Source: Eubacteriales bacterium (lineage in GTDB: Bacteria > Bacillota > Clostridia > Oscillospirales > CAG-272). From it: a DNA stretch of 64,000 bases. The notes beneath the pieces are model-generated. The model saw nothing but the letters and a program-made list of their open reading frames with translations. It had not been told where the DNA came from and made no database searches. The stretch spans positions 34,006-98,005 of the forward strand of contig JAZOTE010000063.1 of NCBI GenBank assembly GCA_045657485.1. Reading direction: 5' to 3'. The translations under genes and the position numbers were made by a program. Of the stretch, positions 8,764-18,413 are shown piece after piece; position 1 is the first letter of the stretch, and each line of letters begins with the position of its first letter.

Positions 8764-8854
8764 GGCAGCTCTGAATATTATGGTAAAGGGATATGCGGAT
8801 TTGAGAAAGGAACGCCGTAGAAAAACTCGAAGATATCCGCCCTTTGTTAAATTA

Positions 8855-11077
8855 TTATTTTTTAAGGGAAATTGTAATTTCCGTAAGTCCCGATTTCAGT
8901 ATCAGTCTGTTTCCGCGTATTTCCTTTATGAATTCTTCTCCCGCCGTAATGTCGCTTCTGGATATCATATCCTTTGCGCGCCATACAAGCTCACATTCTT
9001 TGGCAGTGGGAGCAGAGAAGCGCAGGGATACCGAGCCGTCGGCATATGAAATATCAACAGTTCCGCCTGAGTAACCGACACCCGATATTCCGAATTCGCT
9101 TTCAAACCAAGCCTTAGGCACAGCGGAGAGCAGGGTAAGCACACCGTCAGCCATTCTCTCGTAGGCAAAGCTCCAGCCCACCATAGTTGGGGTTGTCAGG
9201 AGAGAGGGAAGACAGTCTGGCATATTGTATCTTTTGTCAAGCCTTACCTGCTCGTAGTAGCAGAGTCTTTCTCTGTGACCGTGGAGCTCTGTATGCGCGT
9301 AGAGCAGCAGAAGATATTTTTCTATTCTTCCCGTTTCTATCAAAAATCTCGCGTGATGAAGCACCGGCCAGTTATCTATCCACGAGCGGAATCTTGTCAT
9401 GCCCAGCATCTCTCCGCCCAGATTTTCGCGCAGCCGCTCCGCTCCGTCCTCAAGCTCCTTCGGCAGCAGCATAGCAGACAGCATCTCCGGATAGTATCTG
9501 TAATTTGCATAGCAGTTCTCCGTATTGTCCTGTACACCCTCCTGCGGAATACTGCGCGATGCGCTGCGCTTCATATATTCCGTATAGTCTTCGTCCGTCA
9601 TGGGAGCGAACGTGTCGCGGCAATATGAAAGGGTGTGAGGTGTTGGGGAATAATCAAATCTGAATGGAGGCAGATCGCCGAATTTCGAGCCCCTTACGGA
9701 TTTCTCATTTAATAGGACGTCCACGTTCTGCTGTAAAGTTTCTGCCATTTTGACGTATTTTTCGTCATATGGTGCCTTTGATTTTTTAAGCAGGGAATCC
9801 AGCGCGCGCAGACCTCTGATGCTCCATAAATTGTTGTTAAGATATACGTAAACACGGCAGTTGGTGTCCGCCTCGGCGCACATCTTTACCAGTATCCTTC
9901 CGTCGAATTCCGGGCACGGAATACAGTGGTCTAGAATCAGCTTACCCATTCCCTCCACTCGTGATAATTGCCCCTTCGTGAAGCTTTCGATACCTAATTT
10001 ATCATAGTATCTGTCCGCGAGGAACAAAAGACAGCCGTACTCCGTTGCTGATGCTCCGTAGCCCATAGCTCTGCCTTGACGGTATACCATTTTTCCTTCG
10101 TCCGTCAGGGCGTAATTTACCATATAGTCAAATACTCTCTTCGCCCATACGTCGCGCCCCATTATACACGCCGCTTCTATAAGCCATATGTAGTTTGGTG
10201 GGAAATTATCGTGTATTTCCTTACCGTAATATCTGTGTCCGTAGTGCGGTCTGTCGGCAACGCAGGTTACTCTTGCGGCAGCCATAGCGCCTCTCGTCAC
10301 TCTCTCCAGTCTTTTTTCGGGGATGGACAGCGCCGCGCCTTCCTTAGAGAATTTCGACCAATACGCTACGGTGTCCGCGAGAGTTTCTATAACAGTTCCG
10401 CTGTCTACCTGTCCGTTTTGCTCCTCGCTTACCTCGTATATGAACTCCACAGTTTTATATCCGTAGGAGAGTGCGTTTATATTATTCGCCTCGTAGATTT
10501 TTTCCCTGATCCAGAGAATAGGGTCCCTTGAGCTGTCACCAGGCTCTACGAAATATATAAGCTCACAGATCTTTTCACCGATCCTGTAAACGTTGATCAG
10601 TATGGGTAATTCCTCTCCGAGCATTAACTGACGTGGAATAACTCCCTCTATTTCCGGTATGATTTTCCAGGGCTCATAGTCGGGTCCCGACTCGCCGCCT
10701 ATATCTCTGCCGGAGAGCTGTCGATATACCGCTCCCCGTCTGTCCACAGTAAAATCGGAATGGCTGGCAGGTCCGCCGATAAAGCAGTATGCGTTCTCGC
10801 TTACCTCCGGCAGAACTCCCACCAGATCGGAATACGATACCTCGCTTCTCGCCATCAGCTCCTCGCCGAGTATATCCTGTCCCGACGCCTGAACCTCCTC
10901 CTCGGTATGACCGAGATACAGCGGATTTTTAGTTACCTCATTTTCGTTTACTGTGTATTCGTCGTAAATCGCTGACTCTCCGCCTTCGGAGTATTCAAAC
11001 CACCACTTACCATCCTCGTAATATTCCGCGAGCATACCGCCGGTCATTCTCTTGTGTTCAAAGACCTTTATTTTCAT
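8855..11077 (-). CDS. hypothetical 740-aa cytoplasmic protein, possibly an (alpha/alpha)-toroid glycoside-hydrolase-like enzyme
   Basis: Long uninterrupted ORF. I moved the start to ATG 11077 (RBS AAAGGAA) because a consensus promoter at 11116-11144 would place the transcription start (TSS) at about 11108. No signal peptide. I recognise no diagnostic motif. Confidence 0.7.
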   Translation of the reverse strand: MKIKVFEHKRMTGGMLAEYYEDGKWWFEYSEGGESAIYDEYTVNENEVTKNPLYLGHTEEEVQASGQDILGEELMARSEVSYSDLVGVLPEVSENAYCFIGGPASHSDFTVDRRGAVYRQLSGRDIGGESGPDYEPWKIIPEIEGVIPRQLMLGEELPILINVYRIGEKICELIYFVEPGDSSRDPILWIREKIYEANNINALSYGYKTVEFIYEVSEEQNGQVDSGTVIETLADTVAYWSKFSKEGAALSIPEKRLERVTRGAMAAARVTCVADRPHYGHRYYGKEIHDNFPPNYIWLIEAACIMGRDVWAKRVFDYMVNYALTDEGKMVYRQGRAMGYGASATEYGCLLFLADRYYDKLGIESFTKGQLSRVEGMGKLILDHCIPCPEFDGRILVKMCAEADTNCRVYVYLNNNLWSIRGLRALDSLLKKSKAPYDEKYVKMAETLQQNVDVLLNEKSVRGSKFGDLPPFRFDYSPTPHTLSYCRDTFAPMTDEDYTEYMKRSASRSIPQEGVQDNTENCYANYRYYPEMLSAMLLPKELEDGAERLRENLGGEMLGMTRFRSWIDNWPVLHHARFLIETGRIEKYLLLLYAHTELHGHRERLCYYEQVRLDKRYNMPDCLPSLLTTPTMVGWSFAYERMADGVLTLLSAVPKAWFESEFGISGVGYSGGTVDISYADGSVSLRFSAPTAKECELVWRAKDMISRSDITAGEEFIKEIRGNRLILKSGLTEITISLKK

Positions 11078-11115
11078 ATCGCCATTCCTTTCGGTTCTGA
11101 GCATTCTTTGAAATA

Positions 11116-11144
11116 ATTATAAAGTACGGACGGTATTTTGTCAA
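11116..11144 (-). promoter_or_regulatory. consensus sigmaA promoter for the 740-aa gene
   Basis: On the minus strand: TTGACA-17 nt-TATAAT, perfect hexamers and spacing. Confidence 0.75.
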
Positions 11145-11210
11145 TGTAAAAATGCGCATTTTTTTGTAAAAAAATATCAGTTTGTAAAAGTCAAAATAGA
11201 AAATGCAGAA

Positions 11211-11239
11211 CGAAAAAGCGGCTGTTAGGGAACAGCCGC
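11211..11239 (-). terminator. rho-independent terminator after rsmI
   Basis: Minus strand GCGGCTGTTccctAACAGCCGC followed by TTTTTCGTT, immediately downstream of the rsmI stop. Confidence 0.8.
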
Positions 11240-11244
11240 TGATC

Positions 11245-12105
11245 TTATTTATTTACAAGCCTATAAAGCTCTGATTTCGTCATACCTCTGTCCTTTGCCG
11301 CCCTCTTGGTCGCATCCATTTTAGACAGTCCCTCGTCCATATATCTTCGTATATGCTCCTCGGCAGACAGCGCCAGCAGCGCTTCGGTTTCCTTATCGGT
11401 TACTACGCCCCTGAAGCCATCGACTACCAGCACGTATTCGCCTCTCGGCTCCTTTTCCGAGTATAATTCCACAGCTCCCCCAATAGTTGTGCGGCAGATT
11501 TCCTCATTCAGCTTCGTCAGCTCTCTGCATAGGGATATTTTTCTGTCAGCGCCGAAAATCTCCGACATATCCGAAAGCGTCGCTCTGAGCTTGTGGGGCG
11601 CCTCGTAGAATATGACGGTTCTGTCTTCGCTCGCCAGTCTTTCCAGCCTCTCTCTACGCTCGTTTTTCATAGGAGAGAGAAATCCCTCGAACACGAACCT
11701 TCCCGTATCAAGTCCGGAAAGAGCTAACGCCGAGATAGCCGCGCACGCGCCGGGAACGACCGTTACGGTGATTTCCGCATCTGCGCAGAGCTTCACGATA
11801 TCTTCACCCGGATCGCTTATCGCGGGCATTCCCGCATCGGTTATCAGAGCACAGGATTCGCCGCTACGCAGTCTTTCAAGTATTCTTTCGCCGCTTGCCT
11901 TTCTGTTATGCTCGTGATAGCTTACGAGCTCCGAGCGTATGTTCAGCGCGCAGAGCAGCTTCATTGAGTTTCTCGTATCCTCAGCGGCAATGAAGTCCAC
12001 CTCGGACAGCACCTTGATAGCCCGTTCCGAGATGTCCGAAAGATTGCCGATCGGAGTTCCCACGAGATATAAGGTAGATGGCTGAATTTTGTTTTTTTCT
12101 TCCAT
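11245..12105 (-). CDS. rsmI: 16S rRNA (cytidine1402-2'-O)-methyltransferase
   Basis: 286 aa with LYLVGTPIGNLSDIS, AEDTR, ITDAGMPAISDPG and the tetrapyrrole-methylase-like fold pattern of RsmI/YabC. Confidence 0.92.
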   Translation of the reverse strand: MEEKNKIQPSTLYLVGTPIGNLSDISERAIKVLSEVDFIAAEDTRNSMKLLCALNIRSELVSYHEHNRKASGERILERLRSGESCALITDAGMPAISDPGEDIVKLCADAEITVTVVPGACAAISALALSGLDTGRFVFEGFLSPMKNERRERLERLASEDRTVIFYEAPHKLRATLSDMSEIFGADRKISLCRELTKLNEEICRTTIGGAVELYSEKEPRGEYVLVVDGFRGVVTDKETEALLALSAEEHIRRYMDEGLSKMDATKRAAKDRGMTKSELYRLVNK

Positions 12106-12187
12106 AGTATATCCTATCCGCCGCTTATTTCAGCGCCGGTTTTTTGTTTTTTAGCTTTTTATCGGTTTGAATGACGTTTATATCCGT

Positions 12188-12931
12188 CTATCTTTTTAAA
12201 TACGCTGCAGGGAAGCAGCCGTTGTCCATTATATATTGCATTTCGGAGGTGTACTCACGGTTAGAGTTATCCTTGTATATGATCAAAGGAGGTGTGAGGT
12301 ATGCTCCGCTTTTTCCGCCGTATCTGGCTTTAATTAGCACCATTGAGGATTCCGCGCTCGCATTTGCGTGCACGAAGGTTATTCTTTTTGCCTCCAGCCT
12401 TGCGTCACGCATAGCGCATATCAGATCGCTAAGTCTGTCGGGTCTGTAAACGGCATAGAAATCTCCGCCAAATCTCATATTTTTCATAGCACACGTACAG
12501 AAATCGCCGATATCGCCGTTGACCTCGTGCCGTGCAATGTTTTTTTCGTCAAATACACACCGCTTTCCGCTGTCCGTCCGCATATACGGGGGATTTGTGA
12601 AAACCGCATCGTATAACTCGTCGGAGAGATATCTGTAGCTTCTTACGTCATCGCATACGGCATAAAGCCTGTCCCCAAATCCGTTCAGCTCCGCGTTTCT
12701 CCGACACAGCTCCGCGTAATCATTCTGTATTTCCAAGGCAGTGACCTTCTCGGTCTTACCTCGCGAGAGCGCGAGCATTGATATTATGCCGCTCCCGGCT
12801 CCCAGCTCCAGTGCGCGTTTGTATTTTGAATCTATGTATCCTGCGAGAAGAAGAGCGTCCGTGCCGAAGGTCAGTCCCTCGCTCCTCTGTATCAGCTTCA
12901 GATTGTCGTTGACGGTGGTTATTTTCTCCAT
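12188..12931 (-). CDS. SAM-dependent methyltransferase, YabB/TrmN6-like (tRNA m6A37-type)
   Basis: 247 aa with LELGAGSGIIS (SAM motif I) and FTNPPYM (the NPPY motif of N6-adenine methyltransferases). Conserved position next to rsmI. Confidence 0.75.
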   Translation of the reverse strand: MEKITTVNDNLKLIQRSEGLTFGTDALLLAGYIDSKYKRALELGAGSGIISMLALSRGKTEKVTALEIQNDYAELCRRNAELNGFGDRLYAVCDDVRSYRYLSDELYDAVFTNPPYMRTDSGKRCVFDEKNIARHEVNGDIGDFCTCAMKNMRFGGDFYAVYRPDRLSDLICAMRDARLEAKRITFVHANASAESSMVLIKARYGGKSGAYLTPPLIIYKDNSNREYTSEMQYIMDNGCFPAAYLKR

Positions 12932-12995
12932 ATACAGCTCCTATGCGCCTTGAGTCAAAGCTATGACGTTGCGCTGATATCTGCTTTTTGCTAAA

Positions 12996-13031
12996 TTTTA
13001 GGAGTGCGCGAAAACTCACACACTCCTAAAA
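12996..13031. terminator. hairpin terminator after ferredoxin gene (possibly bidirectional)
   Basis: An 11-bp perfect stem TTTTAGGAGTG / CACTCCTAAAA with a 14-nt loop, and T/A runs on both sides. Confidence 0.6.
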
Positions 13032-13050
13032 TTCTATGTTTGCAAAGGAA

Positions 13051-13221
13051 TTATTCCTCAGCAGGTGCTCCTACGGGGCAAGCGTCTGCACAGTTACCGC
13101 AGCTGATGCACTCATCAGCGTTGATAACGTACTTGCCATCGCCTTCGGAAATGCAAGAAGTGGGGCAACCGTCTGCGCAAGCGCCGCAGCTGATGCACTC
13201 ATCGGAAATCTTGTATGCCAT
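13051..13221 (-). CDS. fdx: 2x[4Fe-4S] clostridial-type ferredoxin
   Basis: 56 aa from ATG 13221 (GGAGG 7 nt upstream). Two CxxCxxCxxxCP motifs: CISCGACADGCP and CISCGNCADACP. Confidence 0.92.
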   Translation of the reverse strand: MAYKISDECISCGACADGCPTSCISEGDGKYVINADECISCGNCADACPVGAPAEE

Positions 13222-13348
13222 TTGTGAATCCTCCATTTAATTTTTGTGCTACTATTATTTTATCATAATAATTGCAAAAATCAAGACAATTTGAGAAAAA
13301 AGTGAAAAAAGTGTAACTAAGGTCAAAAATAGGAATGAAAAATCAGGG

Positions 13349-14251
13349 TCACTTGTCCTCGAAAATTACGTCGTCCTCTTTAGGCTCAGGCGCGCGCTTT
13401 CTGGATATTACCTTGACGTCCGCCACGGAGAAGGACTTTATAACGTCCTTATCCTTATCGGTGAGCTTTACCTTTATCATTTCATAAAGAGGCATAGTTT
13501 CAACCACCGTACCCTGACCGTCCTTGGTTTCTACGATAGATCCGGTGGGCGGTGTACGCTTCAGAGCCTCCTCGTATGTTTCGTGCTCGTATCTCAGGCA
13601 GCACATAAGTCTGCCGCAGGCGCCGGATACCTTCGCGGAGTTCAGTGAGAAGTTCTGCTCCTTTGCCATCTTGATGGAAACCTGAACGAAATCCGAGAGA
13701 AAGCTTGCGCAACAGAATTTTCTTCCGCAAACGCCGAGACCGCCGAGCATTTTAGCTTCATCTCTGATACCTATCTGACGCAGCTCTATTCTGGTGCGGA
13801 ACGTTGATGCCAGATCCTTTACCAGCTCTCTGAAATCAACTCTTGATTCACAGGTGAAATAGAATATAAGCTTGGAATTATCGAAGGTGTATTCCACCCC
13901 GGTGAGATTCATACCCAAGCCGTGTGCCTCGATCTTCTTTCTGCAGATGACCGCAGCCTCCTCCTCAGCTATCCTGTTTTTCTCGTTTTTCGCAACGTCC
14001 TCGGCAGTAGCCTTGCGTATAATAGGCTTCAGAGGAGAAACGATCTCAGCTCCGCTGACCTCCTTGTTGCCGAGCTTTACGGTTCCAAACTCCACGCCTC
14101 GTGCGGTTTCAACTATTACGTTATCACCGATGGAGTAACTCTTGTCAGCAGGGTCAAAGTAATATACCTTGCCCGCCTCACGAAAGCTGACGCCGACTAC
14201 GGTTACCTTTTCGACCTCAGAGGACTCATTGTTGTTTATATTTTCTGCCAT
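13349..14251 (-). CDS. ricT: PSP1-domain protein (YaaT/RicT, stage 0 sporulation protein)
   Basis: 300 aa with the Cys-rich GGLGVCGRKFCCASFL...CGRLMCCLRYE motif characteristic of YaaT. Located directly downstream of holB as in Bacillus. Confidence 0.9.
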   Translation of the reverse strand: MAENINNNESSEVEKVTVVGVSFREAGKVYYFDPADKSYSIGDNVIVETARGVEFGTVKLGNKEVSGAEIVSPLKPIIRKATAEDVAKNEKNRIAEEEAAVICRKKIEAHGLGMNLTGVEYTFDNSKLIFYFTCESRVDFRELVKDLASTFRTRIELRQIGIRDEAKMLGGLGVCGRKFCCASFLSDFVQVSIKMAKEQNFSLNSAKVSGACGRLMCCLRYEHETYEEALKRTPPTGSIVETKDGQGTVVETMPLYEMIKVKLTDKDKDVIKSFSVADVKVISRKRAPEPKEDDVIFEDK

Positions 14252-14343
14252 ATATTATATATACCTTTCTGACGATTGTTGCATTTTATATACATAAGCT
14301 TCGTTTGCTTTCGCAGCAGCCGTGCTATGCCGGTGATGGATCT

Positions 14344-15375
14344 TTACGCGGTGTACAGCTTTGCAGCGAGGGATGAGAGCACGTTCGACACGTTAGCGTT
14401 TCTCGCACAGTATTCCCTTGCTTCCAGCAGAGCGTCGGAAATTTCGAAAAGCCGCTTGACACCGATCTCCTCTCCCAGCCTTGCGCATTCATCGGATGAA
14501 GTGAAAAATACGGTTCTCACTTTACCCACGGACTTGATCGCTATCATATCGCGTACAGCGCTCACAGCCAGCTCCAGCAATTCGCCGAGCTCGTTTCTTT
14601 TTTGGGGCAGGGCGGTTATTGCGGAATAAAGTGCCGAGTAGCCAACGCCCTTTCTTGAGGCGGAGAGCAGCCGCAGAATATCTTCTCTTTCGGCACTCAG
14701 ATCTTCTGTGTGCTTTTTGTTCAGAAGCCTTTCGGCAAATCCGAGTCTTCCGTCAGCGCTCATAACGATAGCCTTAAACCTTTCGGGGTCGGATCTCTGA
14801 AGCTCACGGGCGTCAGCGCTTCGCTTCAGCAGATTTTCGCTTAGCTGTTCGGGCGTAAATCTGTGCATTGCGACGGTTTGCGCTCGGCTTCGTATGGTGG
14901 TCAGCATTTTATCCGCTTCGGTTGCCAGCAGAAGTATCACTACGTTTGCCGGTGGCTCCTCCAGCACCTTCAGCAGCGCGTTTTGCGCCTCCGGAGTCAT
15001 TGACTCCGCATCGCAGATGACGTATACCTTGTGGTCGGATTCCGTTGAGGAGAGAAACATATCCTCACGCAGAAGCTTGATGGGCTCAACACCTAGCGTA
15101 GCTCTGTCCTTTGGCTTTTCCAGAATCTTCATATCCGTGAAGTTGTTCTCGCGGATTCTTCTGCAGGTGTTGCATTTTCCGCAAGGCAGAGAACCGCCGT
15201 CCCCTCGGCTTTCGCAATTGAGCGCCGCGGCGATCTCCTTTGCCAGCGTCCTTTTTCCCGAACCGGAGGGGCCGGTTATAAGAAAGGCGTGAGGCATATA
15301 TCCGCCATCTATCGAAGAACCGATTCTGTTACGTATATCGGAGTTTCCCAGTACAACGGGGAAGTAATCTCTCAT
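14344..15375 (-). CDS. holB: DNA polymerase III delta' subunit
   Basis: Contains HAFLITGPSGSGKRTLA (Walker A-like), the zinc module CGKCNTCRRI and SRAQTV. Start moved to ATG 15375 (RBS GAGGCGG). Confidence 0.88.
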   Translation of the reverse strand: MRDYFPVVLGNSDIRNRIGSSIDGGYMPHAFLITGPSGSGKRTLAKEIAAALNCESRGDGGSLPCGKCNTCRRIRENNFTDMKILEKPKDRATLGVEPIKLLREDMFLSSTESDHKVYVICDAESMTPEAQNALLKVLEEPPANVVILLLATEADKMLTTIRSRAQTVAMHRFTPEQLSENLLKRSADARELQRSDPERFKAIVMSADGRLGFAERLLNKKHTEDLSAEREDILRLLSASRKGVGYSALYSAITALPQKRNELGELLELAVSAVRDMIAIKSVGKVRTVFFTSSDECARLGEEIGVKRLFEISDALLEAREYCARNANVSNVLSSLAAKLYTA

Positions 15376-15568
15376 AGTTCTACCGCCTCTCAATAATAAT
15401 CCAATATATATTTTAACACCGCGAATATGAAAAGTCAAGGATTGCGACAAAAACTCCTTTTATCAAAAGAAGAATTTTAAGTTTGCTCGCTTTTTTTCGC
15501 TTTTTCACCCGTCAGAACCGCGTAGCGCAAATAAACGCATCGAGTCAGAGTAAATTTTTCAAAATCTC

Positions 15569-15597
15569 TTGTATTAAGCATTTATTTGTGCTAAAAT
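15569..15597 (+). promoter_or_regulatory. sigmaA promoter for metG
   Basis: TTGTAT-17 nt-TAAAAT with TGc upstream of the -10 (extended -10). This leaves only a ~50-nt leader before ATG 15649. Confidence 0.65.
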
Positions 15598-15648
15598 ATT
15601 AAAATAGAAAATTATGCGAGTTCCATTAGCTCGCAGAAATTAAGGAGA

Positions 15649-17598
15649 ATGGATATGGAAAAGTTTTATCTCACCACAGCGATAGCCTATGCGTCGCGTA
15701 AGCCTCATTTCGGAAACACCTACGAGATCATAATGTCCGACGCGTATGCCCGCTTCCAGCGCAGTATGGGTAAGGACGTTTTCTTCTGCACCGGAACGGA
15801 CGAGCACGGTCAGAAGATAGAGAATCTGGCAAACGAGTCGGGAGTTACTCCCCAGGCGTACGTAGACGGTGTGGCAGGAGAGATAAGGAGGATCTGGGAC
15901 CTTATGGGAACGTCCTACGATCACTTTATACGCACCACCGACGGCTACCATACTGACGCTGTCAAGAAAATATTCAAAAAATTTTACGATAAGGGCGACA
16001 TATATAAGGGCTTCTACGAGGGATGGTATTGCACTCCCTGCGAATCTTTCTTTACCGCGACCCAGGCGGCAGACGGAAAATGTCCCGACTGCGGCAGGGA
16101 GGTATCGCAAGCTCGTGAGGAGGCGTATTTCTTCAGAATGTCCAAATACGCTGACCGTCTTATCAAGTATATAGAGGATCATCCTGAATTTATCGAGCCT
16201 GAGAGTCGCAAGAAGGAGATGGTCAACAATTTCCTTAAGGCAGGACTTCAGGATCTTTGCGTATCCCGTACCTCTTTCAAGTGGGGTATTCCCGTAGAGT
16301 TTGACCCGAAGCACGTGGTTTACGTATGGCTCGACGCCCTTACCAATTATATCACCGCTCTGGGATACGATCCGGATAAGTCGTTTGAGGAGCAGAGCGA
16401 GAAGTTCCGTAAGTATTGGCCCGCAGACGTTCATATTATAGGTAAGGATATCCTTCGTTTCCATACTATCTATTGGCCTATATTCCTGATGGCTCTTGAG
16501 CTTCCTTTGCCGAAGAAGGTGTTCGGTCACCCTTGGTTTAACTTCGGAAATGATAAAATGTCCAAGTCAAAGGGTAACGTTGTGTTTGCTGACGAGCTCG
16601 CCGAAACCTTCGGTGTAGATGCCGTTCGTTACTACGCGCTTTCCGAGATGCCATACGGCTCCGACGGCTCCATAACCTACGAGAGCGTTATTTCCAGATA
16701 CAATAACGATCTGGCTAACAATCTCGGAAATCTTGTCAGCCGAACCCACGCGATGACTAAGAAATATTTTGGCGGCATCGTGCCTGCGCCTACCGCTCCC
16801 GCTCCCTTGGACGACGAGCTTCGCGCCGCAGTAAAGCACGCGACGGAGGAGTCTGTCAGACTTATGAGCGAGTATCACGTTTCCGATTCTCTGGATGAGA
16901 TATTCACTATGCTTCGCCGCGCAAACAAATATATTGACGAAACGACCCCCTGGATACTCGCAAAAAATGAGGACGATGAGTCCCGTCTTGCCACCGTTAT
17001 CTACAATCTTCTCGAAACTATCAGAGTAGCCGCCGTGCTTCTCACCCCTTATATTCCCACTACCGCAGAGAATATATTCAAACAGCTCGGCACCGACCTT
17101 CGCGACTATTCTACGGTTGCTTTTGGCGGTCTTGAGTCGGGTAAGCCTCTCGGTGAGGCGTTCACCCTCTTTGCGAGAATTGACGAGAAGAAGTTCCTTG
17201 AGGATATGGAGAAGGCAAGGCTGGAGGCGGAGCGCGCTCTTGAGGCTCAGAAGCCTATGGAGGAGCCTGAGCACGAGGCGGAGATCGGAATAGACGCCTT
17301 TGCGGCTGTTGAGCTTCGCGTGGCTGAGATATTGGAGTGCGAGCCTGTCCCGAAAGCAAAGAAGCTTTTGAAGCTTCAGGTAGACCTTGGCTATGAGAAA
17401 CGGCAGGTAGTATCCGGCATAGCGAAGTACTATACCCCCGACCAGCTGGTTGGCAAGAAGGTAGCTCTCGTTACCAATCTGAAGCCTGCCAAGCTTTGCG
17501 GTGTTGATAGCTTCGGTATGATACTCGCGTCCGGCGAGGAGGACGTTAAGGTACTGTTCATCGATCCCTCCGCAAAGAACGGAGAGCGTATACACTGA
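15649..17598 (+). CDS. metG: methionine--tRNA ligase (with C-terminal tRNA-binding/EMAP-like domain)
   Basis: 649 aa with class I signatures ASRKPHFGNTYE (HIGH-like) and KMSKSKGN (KMSKS), Cys knuckles CTPCE...CPDCG, and a C-terminal VELRVAEI...VVSGI OB-fold. Confidence 0.96.
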   Translation: MDMEKFYLTTAIAYASRKPHFGNTYEIIMSDAYARFQRSMGKDVFFCTGTDEHGQKIENLANESGVTPQAYVDGVAGEIRRIWDLMGTSYDHFIRTTDGYHTDAVKKIFKKFYDKGDIYKGFYEGWYCTPCESFFTATQAADGKCPDCGREVSQAREEAYFFRMSKYADRLIKYIEDHPEFIEPESRKKEMVNNFLKAGLQDLCVSRTSFKWGIPVEFDPKHVVYVWLDALTNYITALGYDPDKSFEEQSEKFRKYWPADVHIIGKDILRFHTIYWPIFLMALELPLPKKVFGHPWFNFGNDKMSKSKGNVVFADELAETFGVDAVRYYALSEMPYGSDGSITYESVISRYNNDLANNLGNLVSRTHAMTKKYFGGIVPAPTAPAPLDDELRAAVKHATEESVRLMSEYHVSDSLDEIFTMLRRANKYIDETTPWILAKNEDDESRLATVIYNLLETIRVAAVLLTPYIPTTAENIFKQLGTDLRDYSTVAFGGLESGKPLGEAFTLFARIDEKKFLEDMEKARLEAERALEAQKPMEEPEHEAEIGIDAFAAVELRVAEILECEPVPKAKKLLKLQVDLGYEKRQVVSGIAKYYTPDQLVGKKVALVTNLKPAKLCGVDSFGMILASGEEDVKVLFIDPSAKNGERIH

Positions 17599-18386
17599 TG
17601 AAGTATTTTGACTCTCACGCCCACTATTACGACGAGAGATTTTTGGAGGAATGCGAGGAGGGCGTCGATAAACTTATCGACACCCTTCTTGATACTTCTG
17701 TTTCATATATAGTGAACGTAGGCACGTCGCCCGAAACGTCGAGAGAGGCGATCGAGCAGGCTAAAAGGCACAAAAATATGTATACCGCTATCGGTATTCA
17801 TCCGTCAGATACCCGTTTTCTCTCCGATATAGACTTTGAGCTGAGCGAGATAGAGAAGCTTATACTAGCTCCGGAGAGCAAGTGCGTTCTCCTCGGTGAG
17901 ATAGGTCTTGATTATCACTATCCGGAAACGGACAAGGATAAGCAAATGCTGTATTTTGAGAGGCAAATGCTTCTTGCCGATAAGCTTAATATTCCTATCT
18001 GTATTCACGATAGGGAGGCGCACGGGGACGTTATGGACGTGATCAGACGTCATCCATCGGTTCGCGGTATTCTCCATAGCTTTTCCGGCTCACCCGAAAT
18101 GGCTGAGGAGCTGATACGGCTAGGATATATGATATCCTTCTCCGGAACTCTTACATTCACCAACGCCCGTAAGCCGCGCGAGGTTGCGGCTGCGATACCA
18201 AAGGAATCGGTTCTTGTGGAAACTGACTGCCCATACCTTGCGCCTCATCCTCTGCGAGGTACTCTTAACCATTCGGGTAACCTTGAGTATACCGTGAAGA
18301 CTCTCGCTGAAATATGGGACGTGACCGCTGAGGAATGTGCGCGAATGACAGAGGAGAACGCAAAGCGTTTCTTGAATATCCCCTGA
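17598..18386 (+). CDS. tatD: TatD-family metal-dependent hydrolase/deoxyribonuclease
   Basis: 262 aa with DSHAHY, GEIGLDYHY, ICIHDREAHGD, ILHSFSG and ETDCPYLAP. Its start overlaps the metG stop (TGATG). Confidence 0.92.
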   Translation: MKYFDSHAHYYDERFLEECEEGVDKLIDTLLDTSVSYIVNVGTSPETSREAIEQAKRHKNMYTAIGIHPSDTRFLSDIDFELSEIEKLILAPESKCVLLGEIGLDYHYPETDKDKQMLYFERQMLLADKLNIPICIHDREAHGDVMDVIRRHPSVRGILHSFSGSPEMAEELIRLGYMISFSGTLTFTNARKPREVAAAIPKESVLVETDCPYLAPHPLRGTLNHSGNLEYTVKTLAEIWDVTAEECARMTEENAKRFLNIP

Positions 18387-18413
18387 CGGCTCAGAATCGC
18401 CTGTATACGCCGA

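Noticed and set aside
15451-15648. Possible T-box or other leader upstream of metG.
   Set aside because: The best promoter (15569-15597) leaves only ~50 nt before the ATG, with just a 5-bp hairpin. That is far too short for a T-box (specifier loop plus antiterminator), and I found no T-box consensus sequence.
15640-17595. Two very long antisense ORFs (296 aa and 342 aa) covering almost all of metG. Similar ones lie opposite the NagB-like gene (54783-55466), the DPD-like fusion (57158-58132, 58142-58777), the SDR (59978-60559) and the helicase.
   Set aside because: Their translations are low-complexity and Arg/Leu/Ser-rich with no motifs, and they lack RBSs. They lie opposite genes with unmistakable family signatures. 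Long stop-free antisense frames are a common by-product of codon bias.
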